From an uncultured cyanobacterium (GTDB taxonomy: Bacteria > Cyanobacteriota > Cyanobacteriia > Phormidesmidales > Phormidesmidaceae): a stretch of 64,000 nt of DNA. The notes beneath the pieces were generated by a model. It did not search any database. It worked only from the letters and a program-made list of their open reading frames with translations, and was not told the origin of the DNA. Positions 41,047 through 52,186 of this stretch are shown in pieces. The position numbers were made by a program, and so were the translations under genes. Each line of letters opens with the position of its first letter. Position 1 is the first letter of the stretch. The stretch covers positions 19,173 to 83,172 of the forward strand of contig CAWHWK010000004.1 in NCBI GenBank assembly GCA_963833005.1, read 5' to 3'.

Positions 41047-44000
41047 ATGCCTCGTCGAAATGACCTCAAAAAGATAATGCTCATTGGCTCAGGCCCCATT
41101 GTCATTGGCCAAGCCTGCGAGTTTGACTATTCTGGTACTCAAGCTTGTAAAGCGCTTAGAGAAGAAGGTTATGAGGTTGTGCTGGTCAATTCCAATCCAG
41201 CGACAATTATGACCGATCCAGAAACGGCGGATCGCACTTATATAGAGCCGCTTACTGCGCCGCTGCTAGAAAAGGTTATTGCCCAAGAGCGGCCCGATGC
41301 GCTTTTGCCCACAATGGGCGGCCAGACGGCGCTGAACCTCGCGGTAGAGCTAGCCAAAAGCGGCGCGCTAGAGAAATATAACGTCGAGCTGATCGGCGCT
41401 AAGCTCGAAGCGATTGAAAAAGCAGAAGATCGCAAGCTGTTTAAAGAGGCGATGATCAAAATCGGTGTCGGCGTCTGTCCTTCTGGGCTTGCTGAAACGA
41501 TGGACGAATCGAAAGAAATTGGGAAAGAAATTGGCTCGTACCCACTGATTATTCGCCCCGCTTTCACAATGGGCGGCAGCGGCGGCGGCATTGCCTACAA
41601 CCAAGAAGAATTTGAAACTATTTGCCGCTCTGGTTTAGAGGCTAGCCCGGTTTCGCAGATCTTAATTGAACAGTCTTTGCTGGGCTGGAAAGAGTACGAG
41701 CTAGAGGTCATGCGAGATCTCGCAGACAACGTGGTCATCATTTGCTCGATTGAAAATATTGACCCAATGGGCGTTCATACGGGTGACTCTATTACCGTTG
41801 CACCGGCGCAGACTTTGACCGATAAGGAATACCAGAGGCTACGCGATGCGTCGATTAAGATCATTCGCGAGATTGGGGTCGAAACGGGTGGCTCTAATAT
41901 CCAGTTCTCGGTTAATCCTGACGATGGCGAGGTTGTCGTCATTGAGATGAATCCTCGGGTGTCGCGCAGTTCGGCGCTGGCGTCTAAAGCCACTGGCTTC
42001 CCGATTGCTAAGTTTGCCGCTAAGCTGGCCGTCGGCTATCGGCTCAATGAAATCTCTAACGATATTACGCAGAAAACGCCTGCGAGCTTCGAGCCGACAA
42101 TTGACTACGTAGTCACTAAGATTCCGCGCTTTGCCTTTGAGAAGTTCCCTGGCGCGTCGGCGACGCTGACCACGCAGATGAAGTCGGTCGGTGAGGCAAT
42201 GGCGATTGGCCGTACGTTTACCGAGTCTTTTCAAAAGGCGCTGCGATCGCTCGAAACCGGACGCGCAGGCTGGGGCTGCGATCAGGCCGAAAAGCTGCCG
42301 ACCCTTTCGCAGGTTCGCGCCGATCTGCGCCGCCCCCATCCCGAGCGGATCTTTGCCATTCGCCATGCGCTTCAGCTGGGGCTAGACGTGGATGAAATCT
42401 ACGAACTGACTGCTATCGATCCGTGGTTCCTCGATAAATTTCAGTCTTTACTGGCAATTGAGAAATTTATCAAGCGCACCTCGTTAAAATCGCTTGATAG
42501 AACGCAGCTCTTAGCGATTAAGCAGGCAGGCTTTAGCGATAAGCAAATCGCCTTTGCAGCCAAGACCGATGAAGACACGGTGCGTGAGTATCGCAAGTCA
42601 CTCGGCGTTATCCCCGTCTATAAGATGGTTGATACCTGCGCCGCTGAGTTTGAATCCACCACGCCTTACTACTACTCTACCTACGAAGAAGAGAGCGAAG
42701 TGCTCCCTTCAGACCGGCGTAAGGTGATGATTTTAGGCGGTGGCCCTAACCGGATTGGCCAGGGCATTGAGTTTGACTACTGCTGCTGCCATGCCTCTTT
42801 TGCCCTGCAAGCTGACGACTATGAAACCATTATGGTCAACTCCAACCCCGAGACCGTTTCGACTGATTACGACACAAGCGATCGCCTCTATTTTGAGCCG
42901 CTCACCAAAGAAGACGTGCTCAATATCATCGAAGCCGAAAATCCTGACGGTGTGATTATCCAGTTTGGCGGCCAAACCCCGCTAAAGCTGGCGATTCCTT
43001 TGCAGAACTATCTAGAAGATCTCACCAAACAATCCTCAGAATCTCCTATTAAAACCAAAATTTGGGGCACCTCTCCCGACTCTATCGACGCTGCCGAAGA
43101 CCGTGAACGCTTCGAGCAAATGCTGCGTGAGCTGGATATTCGTCAGCCGCCCAATGGCCTTGCCCGCAGTAATGACGAAGCCCTTGCGATCGCTCAAAAA
43201 ATAGACTATCCGGTTGTGGTGCGCCCTAGCTATGTGCTTGGCGGGCGGGCGATGGAAATTGTCTACTCAGATGCAGATCTCGTTCGCTACATGACCACAG
43301 CGGTTCTTGTAGAGCCCGACCATCCTATTTTGATCGACAAGTTTTTAGAAAATGCGATTGAGGTAGACGTAGACGCGGTGTGCGATCAGACTGGTCACGT
43401 CGTCATCGGCGGCATTATGGAACACATTGAGCAAGCAGGCATTCACTCCGGAGACTCTGCCTGCTCGCTCCCTACCGTCACGCTTTCCGAAGCGGCCCTC
43501 ACCACCATCCGCGACTGGACCTTCAAGCTGGCCAAGCGGCTCAAAGTCGTTGGCCTGATGAACATCCAATACGCCATCCAAGGCGACCAGGTCTTTATTA
43601 TCGAAGCAAATCCTAGAGCTTCGCGCACCGTGCCCTTTGTCTCTAAAGCGACCGGGGCTCCGCTGGCACAAATTGCCGTGCGCGTCATGGCAGGCCAAAC
43701 GCTAGAAGAGCTGGGCTTTACCCAAGAGATCATTCCCAAACACATTTCGGTCAAAGAAGCCGTGCTGCCCTTCAACAAGTTTCCTGGCACCGATACGCTG
43801 CTCGGCCCTGAGATGCGCTCAACTGGGGAAGTTATGGGTATCGACACCAGCTTCGGCCTAGCCTATGCCAAAGCCGAGCTTGCCGCCGGGCAGGTGCTGC
43901 CAAAGGATGGAACTGTCTTCATCTCTGTCAACGATCGCGATAAGGACGCGGTGGTGGGTATTGCTAAAGAATTTGCCGATATTGGCTTTAGCATCTTGGC

Positions 44001-44301
44001 CACCAGCGGCACCTACAAAAAGCTCAGTGAGGCTGGTATTAGCGTCGAGCGCGTTCTAAAGGTGCATGAAGGCAGACCCCACGTCGGCGACGCGATCAAG
44101 AACAAAGGCATTCAGCTGATTATCAACTCGCCAATTGGTGAAGCCGCTCAGGAAGACGATCGCGTTTTGCGCCGCACCGCACTCGACTATAAAATTCCGA
44201 CCGTCACCACTATTGCGGGTGCCAAAGCCACTATTGCGGCCATTCAGTCACTTAAAGACAGCCCAATGGTGGTCAAGGCGCTGCAAGATCATCTGGCCTA
44301 G
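41047..44301 (+). CDS. carB: Carbamoyl-phosphate synthase large subunit
   Basis: The start was moved to ATG 41047 ([37 protein letters not shown]). Both ATP-grasp halves are present and the C-terminal MGS-like domain is colinear with CarB throughout. Confidence 0.95.
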   Translation: MPRRNDLKKIMLIGSGPIVIGQACEFDYSGTQACKALREEGYEVVLVNSNPATIMTDPETADRTYIEPLTAPLLEKVIAQERPDALLPTMGGQTALNLAVELAKSGALEKYNVELIGAKLEAIEKAEDRKLFKEAMIKIGVGVCPSGLAETMDESKEIGKEIGSYPLIIRPAFTMGGSGGGIAYNQEEFETICRSGLEASPVSQILIEQSLLGWKEYELEVMRDLADNVVIICSIENIDPMGVHTGDSITVAPAQTLTDKEYQRLRDASIKIIREIGVETGGSNIQFSVNPDDGEVVVIEMNPRVSRSSALASKATGFPIAKFAAKLAVGYRLNEISNDITQKTPASFEPTIDYVVTKIPRFAFEKFPGASATLTTQMKSVGEAMAIGRTFTESFQKALRSLETGRAGWGCDQAEKLPTLSQVRADLRRPHPERIFAIRHALQLGLDVDEIYELTAIDPWFLDKFQSLLAIEKFIKRTSLKSLDRTQLLAIKQAGFSDKQIAFAAKTDEDTVREYRKSLGVIPVYKMVDTCAAEFESTTPYYYSTYEEESEVLPSDRRKVMILGGGPNRIGQGIEFDYCCCHASFALQADDYETIMVNSNPETVSTDYDTSDRLYFEPLTKEDVLNIIEAENPDGVIIQFGGQTPLKLAIPLQNYLEDLTKQSSESPIKTKIWGTSPDSIDAAEDRERFEQMLRELDIRQPPNGLARSNDEALAIAQKIDYPVVVRPSYVLGGRAMEIVYSDADLVRYMTTAVLVEPDHPILIDKFLENAIEVDVDAVCDQTGHVVIGGIMEHIEQAGIHSGDSACSLPTVTLSEAALTTIRDWTFKLAKRLKVVGLMNIQYAIQGDQVFIIEANPRASRTVPFVSKATGAPLAQIAVRVMAGQTLEELGFTQEIIPKHISVKEAVLPFNKFPGTDTLLGPEMRSTGEVMGIDTSFGLAYAKAELAAGQVLPKDGTVFISVNDRDKDAVVGIAKEFADIGFSILATSGTYKKLSEAGISVERVLKVHEGRPHVGDAIKNKGIQLIINSPIGEAAQEDDRVLRRTALDYKIPTVTTIAGAKATIAAIQSLKDSPMVVKALQDHLA

Positions 44302-44350
44302 GGTGAGCGCGCGATCGCACAGTGTGGCAATCGCATAGCGTGGCGATTGC

Positions 44351-44386
44351 AAAAAAATCCCTAGAACCCAAACAAGATTCTAGGGA
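44351..44386 (-). terminator. Rho-independent terminator-like hairpin downstream of the HAD gene (minus strand)
   Basis: The stem is TCCCTAGAA (44358-66) paired with TTCTAGGGA (44378-86). The A7 run 44351-57 gives T7 after the hairpin on minus. It lies about 135 nt below the stop at 44521. Confidence 0.5.
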
Positions 44387-44520
44387 TAAAAACCTACTAA
44401 AAGTAATGAAAATTCAAACCATTTAGTCTGTTTAGCTGGCCGCCTTGAAGCTCTTCTATCCCTGTTGTATTCGCTTAAATCAATACCTGAAAAGGTCTAG
44501 AAAAAGGCATCACCACAACT

Positions 44521-45177
44521 TTATAGTCCCCATCGCTGCCCCTCAAAATCAGGCAAGCCTGCAATAATTTCGTCTGCCGCCTGATAAAGCGACCTTTCCA
44601 TATGAGCTGCAGGCACTGCGATCGCCCACATGCCCGCGGCCTTTGCCGCCTCAATTCCAGCCGGAGAATCCTCTAGTACCAGACAGCTAGCAGGATCAGC
44701 CCCCAGCCGCTGCGCCGCCACCAAAAAGCTATCAGGCGCGGGCTTACCGTGCTTGACCGCCAAGTCATCACCCAGCACAATCGCCTGAAAGCGCGACAGC
44801 CAGCTTTTATAGTGGGTCACTTTCTTATTAAAGGTGACCGCTGCCGAACTGGTTGCGATCGCCTGCGGTACGCCCAGGGCATGAAAGTGCTCGGTCATCT
44901 CAACTGCCCCCGGCATTGGCTTCGCCTGGGTCAGCAAATCATAGATAATCTCATCACGCGCCTGCAAATGCGCCTCTGCACTCAGCGGCAAATCCAGCTC
45001 CCTTACCAGTATCTCTGCGCAGGCCATTGCCTGCCGTCCCATAATCTTGCGATGCAGTTCTAGCGTAAAAGTTTTGCCATAGCGACTCGCAATAATTTCG
45101 TTTACCCGGCAGTAGATCGGCTCAGTATCTAGCAGCAGCCCGTCAAAGTCGTAAATCAGATGAGTAATCTTTGGCAT
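44521..45177 (-). CDS. HAD-superfamily hydrolase (subfamily IA, beta-phosphoglucomutase/sugar-phosphatase-like)
   Basis: Motif I is LIYDFDGLLLDTE. Also ATSS, K..KPAPD and the motif IV region LVLEDSPAGIEAAKAAGM. Confidence 0.8.
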   Translation of the reverse strand: MPKITHLIYDFDGLLLDTEPIYCRVNEIIASRYGKTFTLELHRKIMGRQAMACAEILVRELDLPLSAEAHLQARDEIIYDLLTQAKPMPGAVEMTEHFHALGVPQAIATSSAAVTFNKKVTHYKSWLSRFQAIVLGDDLAVKHGKPAPDSFLVAAQRLGADPASCLVLEDSPAGIEAAKAAGMWAIAVPAAHMERSLYQAADEIIAGLPDFEGQRWGL

Positions 45178-45275
45178 TCAAGCTAAGTGTCTAAGTGTGT
45201 TCAAGCTAAGTGTTCAGCCACTCACAAGCAATTTCATCGTTTACTACTATCTCACAGCCAGCTATTAGCCAGCGA

Positions 45276-48242
45276 TTAGAAATTGAACTTCACACCGCCC
45301 GCAAACTGCACGCTATCCCCATCGTCAAACGCGTCTTCTACCCGCAGATAAACACCTGGCCCCCTAGAAACGCCCGTTCCAACTGTTTGCAGCACACGCT
45401 CACCCAGTTCATCTAAACGAAACGCATTGACCGGCACCTCGACCTGTTCGTCGTCCAAGCCAACCAGCGTCTCCATCACCTGCTTACCGCCAGCATCCAC
45501 AACCGCCTGCGTTTGATACACCGGCACCACATTACCCGCCGCATCATACTGGTACGCATCGCGCTGCACCTCTCCAAAAGGATGAAAAATAGCCTCAGCT
45601 CGCCAGCCCACGTCCGAACCGTCGCTGCCTCGGCCAAAAACAGTATCGCGAGCAAACAGCTCAGCTCTAACCGTATTAGCCGCCAGCGTCCAGGGCGTAT
45701 TGCCAAAATTCATCACACCGCCTAGCGTTAGCTCACCTCGAACCGGTGCAAAATTGGCTCGACTTTCTCTGCGAATGCTATTGACTTCATCACTCATCGT
45801 CACCTGGGAATCCATAAGGATAAACTCCTCAGAAAGAACGCGACGATTCACAAATCGCTCTTGCCCTGTGACAATAGAGACATCACTCCCAATCGGCCTG
45901 CTCGCGGTGTCTTCAACACTCAAGAGAGCACTCTCCAAGAATCTGGCATTTGTCAGCACGCCGTTTTCATTGATGTCAAACAAAGCCGTACCTGAGCGCC
46001 GGGTGATTCGATCCACGCCGCTTGTCGTCGTCTCCACCTGAGTCCGTGGAATTTCAAACGTATTGGCACTTTCTCGAATGCGCAGCTCATCCGTTTGAAC
46101 CGTCATTGACGACTCTGTGCGACTAATCACATTTTCTTGGTTACCAATTCCCCCGGTCAGCGTTCCCCCCAAATAGAAACCGGCAGCAACCGTAGTTTCT
46201 ACGTACGCACCCTGACCCGGATCGGTAACCACAGCTTCTACAGGAAAGAGCGTATTGCCGACTCGCGCATCCGCTTCACTGGCAATTTCAACGTCTACCG
46301 TGGGTACGCGCACCCCCCCAAACTGCTCTACATAGTTGCCCGGCACACCGTTAAAGTTTTCAGTGGCCGCGTTCGAGCGATTCGCAATCGTGTCTTCAAC
46401 GGCATAGACCTCTGCCATCTCGCGAGCAAAGTTTTGCGGCTGTCGGTCTGCCGAAATAATCGTAAAGCCGCCATCCGCAATCTGATAGGTTTCAGCCGCG
46501 CTATTAACGGCATAGCGCTGGCCTAGCTGCAAATCTTGCCCCGACTGCTGCGGCACCAGCGCATAGATCAGCCGCGTGGCTTCTCCAGCCGCTAGCGACA
46601 GCGGCTCTTGGGCATAGCCATCCACTGTCCACTGCGGCACAAAAGACACTCCGCCATCGGCACCTTCAACTAGCAAGCCCCCAACATTGTTCGTATAGGC
46701 CGCGTTGCCGCGTCCAACCTGACTGGCATCCGGCGGTGCAACCACCACAGGCAAATCCGCAGGCAAATCAAAAATACCGTCTACCGAACCAATCTCGCCT
46801 CCTAAAATTTCTTCGGGCTCCAAAGCGGGCACATAGCCAACCAATCGACGGTTGTTAAACAAACCGGTCGGCTCTAGCAATCGACGGTCGCTGCCGTCCG
46901 GATTGACAATCTCATTGCCAAAGACATCTCTTGCCTGCCGATGCGTCGGATTCAAAAACTGAGTTAGGCCAGCGGTCACCGTCAGGCCCGCTTCATTATC
47001 ATCTACAAATGGGTTGTAAGTCACATTGCCAGTCAGTAGCGTTGGCGGCACGCTAGGGTTTCTGATCAAAGGCGCAAGCTGACCGGTAAATCCCAGACCA
47101 TCGCTACCCGCTCTGACTTCATTAGCGGCAGCATAGCGGTTATAAATTAGCTGCTCACCTGTCTGCGCTCTGACACCTCTCGCATGGCCCAGCCGAGGAG
47201 AGCGTGAATCAGGCGCATCCACCTCTCCGTACTCTATAACCTCTTCAGAGACTATATCCATTTCCTGAACCGTCTGGATCATGTCCTCTTCGACATCTAT
47301 TCTTTCAACCGTCACCGGGTCTAAAGGGGTCTCAACAATGGTCTCGGCTACCGTAGTGTCGATCTGCTCTTCAATTGCTTCAGCCTGGCCGCTGCCGCCA
47401 GAAATATCTAAATAGTCACCATCGTTAAAGTCTAAATCTCCCCCATTCTGCAAGTCTTCAGCAATAAGTTCGCCACCCTGCGTAAAGTAGAGGCCAGATT
47501 CAGAAGGTGCCGCATTATCTCGGCGAAGGTTAAGCACGCGCAGCTTCACGGTATCTTTGGGGGTGTAGGTTACGCTCAGTCCATCTGACTGCGGCAAAGT
47601 CTGACCGTTAGGTCCAATCCGAACGCGGCCACCGCGCACAAAAGCGGCTTCACGGCTTATTTCATTGCCGTTACCATCTACAACAATCGCTTCAATCCCT
47701 TCCCCAAAAGCGTGATCGCCTACCCGCTGATTCACATCAAACTCAGTCGTCAACTGTAGAGAATCCACGTTTAGCACGTAGCCAGCGTCTCCACCGACGG
47801 CATCTTGAAAAGCGCCTTCGATATAGTCACTGTTCGTCGTAAATTCGATAGTGTTAGGAGCTAGCCGACTACGATCTACCGGTATGGGCTGACGCTGAAT
47901 AACCTGAGCAGGCAGAGCCGATGGCAAGGGAATATTCGAGGTATTCGTCAGCGGCCCTGTCTGAATAATGAAGCTGTTGTTATCGATTCGGACCGCTCCG
48001 GTTTCGCTGTCGCGCGTCAGATTGCGACCCAATCCGCCGTCTGTCACCGACTGAGCCATTGCCCCTTGAGCCATCAGGCTCAGGCCACCTGTGGCCACTA
48101 ACAGCGCTATTGCCACAGGAGCAAAACGGCCTTCTGCAGGGCTTGACTTAGGCATCGGTCGTAAAACACCTAGAAAAGTATGCGACGAAGCAAGTAACTG
48201 AGCAAATAACCGAGCAAGAGGTTTTTTAGATAGAGATGTCAT
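45276..48242 (-). CDS. Very large secreted / outer-membrane-associated protein with a DUF4114-like segment and a beta-barrel-type C-terminal Phe
   Basis: A signal-like segment is present (FAPVAIALLVATGGLSLMAQGAMAQ), so the true start may be ATG 48155. GGDLDFNDGDYLDISGG resembles DUF4114. The C-terminus ..VQFAGGVKFNF resembles an OMP sorting signal. It is a paralog of the partial gene at 1..423. Confidence 0.65.
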   Translation of the reverse strand: MTSLSKKPLARLFAQLLASSHTFLGVLRPMPKSSPAEGRFAPVAIALLVATGGLSLMAQGAMAQSVTDGGLGRNLTRDSETGAVRIDNNSFIIQTGPLTNTSNIPLPSALPAQVIQRQPIPVDRSRLAPNTIEFTTNSDYIEGAFQDAVGGDAGYVLNVDSLQLTTEFDVNQRVGDHAFGEGIEAIVVDGNGNEISREAAFVRGGRVRIGPNGQTLPQSDGLSVTYTPKDTVKLRVLNLRRDNAAPSESGLYFTQGGELIAEDLQNGGDLDFNDGDYLDISGGSGQAEAIEEQIDTTVAETIVETPLDPVTVERIDVEEDMIQTVQEMDIVSEEVIEYGEVDAPDSRSPRLGHARGVRAQTGEQLIYNRYAAANEVRAGSDGLGFTGQLAPLIRNPSVPPTLLTGNVTYNPFVDDNEAGLTVTAGLTQFLNPTHRQARDVFGNEIVNPDGSDRRLLEPTGLFNNRRLVGYVPALEPEEILGGEIGSVDGIFDLPADLPVVVAPPDASQVGRGNAAYTNNVGGLLVEGADGGVSFVPQWTVDGYAQEPLSLAAGEATRLIYALVPQQSGQDLQLGQRYAVNSAAETYQIADGGFTIISADRQPQNFAREMAEVYAVEDTIANRSNAATENFNGVPGNYVEQFGGVRVPTVDVEIASEADARVGNTLFPVEAVVTDPGQGAYVETTVAAGFYLGGTLTGGIGNQENVISRTESSMTVQTDELRIRESANTFEIPRTQVETTTSGVDRITRRSGTALFDINENGVLTNARFLESALLSVEDTASRPIGSDVSIVTGQERFVNRRVLSEEFILMDSQVTMSDEVNSIRRESRANFAPVRGELTLGGVMNFGNTPWTLAANTVRAELFARDTVFGRGSDGSDVGWRAEAIFHPFGEVQRDAYQYDAAGNVVPVYQTQAVVDAGGKQVMETLVGLDDEQVEVPVNAFRLDELGERVLQTVGTGVSRGPGVYLRVEDAFDDGDSVQFAGGVKFNF

Positions 48243-48544
48243 AACAACAGCAAATAGTGAGTTGGAAACAATTTTCAGGAGTAGGAAGGTTTAGGCGTCT
48301 ATGCGGCTTAGACTGGCAAGGTGGCTTTTTGGGGGTTTCACACCTCATAGCGATCCTACTGAGAATTATTCAGTAATTTCAACCCTTTTTCTGCATATAA
48401 AATACGTAAACTTACTTAAGTAGCACTACTTGCAGCAAGCTCAACCATATGTGTACCAAGGCTTTTGACCCATAAACTATAGGTCTGGAAATACACGGTA
48501 TCTTCATCTTTATTAAACTTCAAGTATTGATGATTTGGCACGCT

Positions 48545-48585
48545 AAAAAGGCTAAGACCCTCTATTCAAGGGAGTCTTAGCCTTT
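48545..48585 (-). terminator. Orphan terminator-like hairpin (minus strand) in the long AT-rich gap
   Basis: GGCTAAGAC (48550-58) pairs with GTCTTAGCC (48574-82), with a partly paired extension. The A5 run 48545-49 gives T5 after the hairpin on minus. It lies just downstream of the doubtful ORF 48614..48889(-). Confidence 0.35.
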
Positions 48586-48913
48586 CGAAGACAATTGTAA
48601 TGACAAGATTAGGTTACATGTAGATTAGGACAGCTAGCGTCAGTACGATGCTAGCTAACCTAAGAACAGACAGATAAAGAATGGACTGACTTAAGAACAG
48701 AAGAGAAACAAATCTAAGTAGCCTCTTATCCTTATCTGAAGGATTTGAGAAAACAGCTATAGAATCGGCCCTACTTGATTGGGAAATACTTGCTTGAAAA
48801 ATACTTATTTGCAGCGGATAGCAATGACTGATTATAGGTTGAGAAGCCTGATTTGGATGGCTATCACCTATGGATGAACATTGTCGCATCTAGGTTACGG
48901 CTGAGCTTATAAA

Positions 48914-48941
48914 CAGAATGTCTGTTGTAACAGACATTCTG
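48914..48941. repeat. Perfect 11-bp inverted repeat (palindromic site or hairpin)
   Basis: CAGAATGTCTG ttgtaa CAGACATTCTG. No adjacent T-run is present, so it is not an obvious terminator. Confidence 0.8.
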
Positions 48942-49421
48942 GTGAACACATTTATATTTCAGTCAGACACTGTTAGATGTAACAGTCCCTGGCGTAGCGA
49001 TGCAAAGTCATACATAAGGTACAGGTGCTGATTTCATTTAGGTGCTAGTGCAGCTATTTATACCCGAAAGTGCTTTTCTAGCATTATTGGTCAACAGGTA
49101 GCATATAAAACATACAGAATGTCAGTAGTTCAGGCTATGACATTTGAGCCGTCAGCTTATGTATCAACTTACGTAATTAGCTTATGTATCAACTCGTGCA
49201 GGGCTCTCGTTGGAAAAGCACTTGATCAGGAGCACTGCTAAGACATCGGTAGTTTGGCTCAAATTTCTGCAAAGAGTTTCCGTAGAAAATTTCTGTAAAG
49301 AGCTTTTGCAAATATCAGGACGCTAGCGGAAATAGGAAAAGTGCCACAGACGGTTGTGCTAATTACCATAAGGCTTTTCCTTAAGGCTCTAAAATAGGAC
49401 TTTCTTTCTAAGCTTTCCTTC

Positions 49422-50645
49422 ATGCTGCCTACCATCCAAAAGATTGCAACCAAGCTTTCGCCTCGACTAATCGATATTCGTCGTCACTTACACATGCATC
49501 CAGAACTCAGTGGCCAAGAGTATAAGACGGCTGCTTACGTGGCAGGGGTTTTATCATCTTGTGGCTATCAGGTTCAAGAAATGGTGGGGAAAACAGGCGT
49601 TGTCGCTGAACTGAGCGGTCAGGCTGCGCCCGCTAAAAACGTCTTGGCCGTTCGTGCGGATATGGACGCACTGCCTATTGCTGAAAAGACAGATCTGCCG
49701 TTTGTCTCTAAAAGCCCCGGCATTATGCATGCGTGTGGCCACGATGTCCACACGACGGTGGGGCTAGGCACTGCTATGGTCTTGGCCGAACTGACCCAGC
49801 AAACTGAACAGGCGTTTCCCGGCACGACTCGTTTTCTTTTTCAGCCTGCCGAGGAAACTGGGCAAGGCGCAAAGTGGATGATAGAGGACGGTGTGATGAA
49901 GGATGTCGCTGCTATTTTGGGGCTTCATACGTTTCCGAGCATTCCAGCAGGCACTGTTGGGCTGCGTTTAGGAACGCTTACCGCTGCGGCTGACGATCTA
50001 GAGATTATTATTTCTGGTGAATCGGGGCATGGGGCTCGCCCTCATCAGGCGGTGGATGCGATTTGGATCGCGGCGCAGCTGATTACGCAGCTTCAGCAGG
50101 CAATTAGCCGAACGATCAATCCGCTGCACCCGGCAGTTATCACTATTGGCCAAATTTCGGGGGGGCGTGCACCGAACGTAATTGCAGATAGGGTGCGGCT
50201 GACAGGAACGGTGCGATCGCTCCATGCAGACACTCACGCCCTGCTGCCCGACTGGATCACCCAAATTGCCAAGCGCCTGTGTGCGATTCACGGGGCCGAA
50301 TGCACCATCAACTACACTCGCCGCTGCACGTCAGTATTTAATGACGAAACGCTAACTCATATGGTCGCTGACTGTGCAAATGAAGCCCTAGGAAGCGATC
50401 GCGTTCAGTGGATCTCCGACGCCTCTATGGGGGCAGAAGACTTTGCCGGGTTTACCGACCTCGCGCCCGGCACCATGTTCCGCCTCGGCGTTGGCTTTCC
50501 CAACCAGCAAAACTATCCCCTTCATCACCCCAAGTTTGCAATAGATGAAAGCGCGCTTGTCACTGGCGTAGTGACGATGGCATACAGCGCCTATCGCTAT
50601 TGGCAAACAGCCAGCGCTGCCCAAACAGAGCCCACCGCCAAGTGA
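49422..50645 (+). CDS. M20D-family amidohydrolase (N-acyl-amino-acid amidohydrolase / ILR1-hippuricase-like)
   Basis: RRHLHMHPELSGQEYKTA.YV...L...G; RADMDALPI; MHACGHD.HT; FQPAEE...GA..MI..G. Confidence 0.85.
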   Translation: MLPTIQKIATKLSPRLIDIRRHLHMHPELSGQEYKTAAYVAGVLSSCGYQVQEMVGKTGVVAELSGQAAPAKNVLAVRADMDALPIAEKTDLPFVSKSPGIMHACGHDVHTTVGLGTAMVLAELTQQTEQAFPGTTRFLFQPAEETGQGAKWMIEDGVMKDVAAILGLHTFPSIPAGTVGLRLGTLTAAADDLEIIISGESGHGARPHQAVDAIWIAAQLITQLQQAISRTINPLHPAVITIGQISGGRAPNVIADRVRLTGTVRSLHADTHALLPDWITQIAKRLCAIHGAECTINYTRRCTSVFNDETLTHMVADCANEALGSDRVQWISDASMGAEDFAGFTDLAPGTMFRLGVGFPNQQNYPLHHPKFAIDESALVTGVVTMAYSAYRYWQTASAAQTEPTAK

Positions 50646-50687
50646 TAGCTAAAGACCTATCGCCACAGGCCTATCTCCATAAGTAAG

Positions 50688-50735
50688 ATTCTGAAGATCT
50701 AAGGTTCTGAAAGTCTAAGGTTCTGAAAGTTTACA
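50688..50735. repeat. 16-bp tandem repeat x3, 42 nt after the M20 stop
   Basis: TTCTGAAGATCTAAGG TTCTGAAAGTCTAAGG TTCTGAAAGTTTACAG. It is followed by a second short repeat, AGAGAAGAGC x2. Confidence 0.85.
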
Positions 50736-50936
50736 GAGAAGAGCCCTAGAGAAGAGCTGACTGATCCTAGTGCTCATACACTAGTGCCCATACATAAAAC
50801 CACAATTGAGTTTGTTAAATAATTTACTAATATCACTTTAAGATTGCACCCATATCGTTCTATAGATACAAGCAGATCGTGCATCTTTAATGCTGAAATG
50901 GTTTTATTGTCGTTAAGTAAGGAGCATGGAAACACC

Positions 50937-51365
50937 ATGACTTTCTTTCAACGCAGCCGCCGCTGGCTCACTGCCCTAGCGCTTGTATTGCTGCTCACTG
51001 TCTCCACTACCGCCTGTTCATCCGCAACCACCACCGCGCCCACCGCAACCTCCTCTACCTACAGTCAGCTAGAACGCGGTAACTCCGCTCAAGGGCAAGA
51101 GTATGGAGACTGGGTAGTCGGCGCTGCTCAAGGTCTGGTCGCTGACGCTTACGTACGTGATGACAACAAACTAGGCGTTGTTATCTCAGAGGACGTTCGT
51201 CCAGACGAAGTCAAAGATCTTTCCCGCTCACTGCTGCAAGGCTTCCGTCAAAGCTTTCCGAGTCGAGATCTCCAAGTTTTGATGTATGCCCCTGACAAAG
51301 AGCTGATTATGACAGCAGACTACGACACGCAGTCTGGAGAAGTGGTTTACGACACGCCTGGCTAG
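50937..51365 (+). CDS. Hypothetical lipoprotein
   Basis: The start was moved to ATG 50937 (AAGGAG at 50919-24). The leader is MTFFQRSRRWLTALALVLLLTVSTTAC plus a Thr/Ala-rich linker. I recognise no family. Confidence 0.5.
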   Translation: MTFFQRSRRWLTALALVLLLTVSTTACSSATTTAPTATSSTYSQLERGNSAQGQEYGDWVVGAAQGLVADAYVRDDNKLGVVISEDVRPDEVKDLSRSLLQGFRQSFPSRDLQVLMYAPDKELIMTADYDTQSGEVVYDTPG

Positions 51366-51447
51366 GACGTTTTTGTCTTGTCTTTGCCTCATTTCTGACG
51401 ATCCTCTCAACCGTTCGAATCAACCAAATTAATTTGGAGAATACCTC

Positions 51448-51966
51448 ATGACATCTAGTAATAAGTACAAGCGCGAGATTATGAAAGATCTTGCGGCAGG
51501 CAACAAAGAGATTCTCGAGCCAGACGGCAATGATGCATTAGGAGAGAAATACAGCAGCTTTGATGACTTTGCCGATCGCTCTTCTCGCGATGAGCGTCAC
51601 GGTTTGATCAAGCGCTCTTTTCACCCTGAGCGCGTTCCCGCTGCGCAAATGGACCCCGAATTGCGAAAGGCAGTTGAAAAAATCAAGCCCAACGAGCGCG
51701 ACGATGTGGCCAAGGACTTTTTCAAGCACTTTAAAGAGCGGGGCTTAAGCGATCGCGATCTAGAGCGCCAGCTTGGTCTTTCGACGCATAGTCCACGCAA
51801 AATGAACGCTGACGACGTGGGTAAGTTGGCTTCTTTTGCCTACACCGCTCACCCAGACATCTTTCAAGAAGTCCTCGCTGACCAGCCTGCTATCCTCAAG
51901 GTCTTGAGCAACCCACTAGTGGGGGCCGCCATTGGTGCGATCGCCGCTAAATGGCTACGCAAGTAA
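51448..51966 (+). CDS. Hypothetical protein with a C-terminal hydrophobic (Gly/Ala-rich) helix
   Basis: A 172-aa ORF with GGAGAA 7 nt upstream. It is charged and helical and ends ..NPLVGAAIGAIAAKWLRK. I recognise no family. Confidence 0.45.
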   Translation: MTSSNKYKREIMKDLAAGNKEILEPDGNDALGEKYSSFDDFADRSSRDERHGLIKRSFHPERVPAAQMDPELRKAVEKIKPNERDDVAKDFFKHFKERGLSDRDLERQLGLSTHSPRKMNADDVGKLASFAYTAHPDIFQEVLADQPAILKVLSNPLVGAAIGAIAAKWLRK

Positions 51967-52186
51967 GCTAGAAAAGGCAAAGGAAGTGAGCCCCTAAAAT
52001 CCGTTAGCACTGCCTTTGAAAGTACAACTTTTAGGCAATGCATACGCCTAAAGGCTTACTCGCTATTTCCAAAAGGGTGTCATTAGGCACCCTTTTAGCA
52101 TTGAAGCCAACGGTACACTAAACAAATATTTCGATTGCACGCTGTTTTGACTGCACGCTATCTCGGCTATACGCTATTTCGGTACA

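Noticed and set aside
48614-48889. 91-aa minus-strand ORF upstream of the orphan terminator, considered as a real small membrane protein.
   Set aside because: It has Ser/Ile/Leu-rich low-complexity sequence in AT-rich DNA with no obvious ribosome-binding site. It is kept only as a possibility inside the finding on the 48243-49421 gap.
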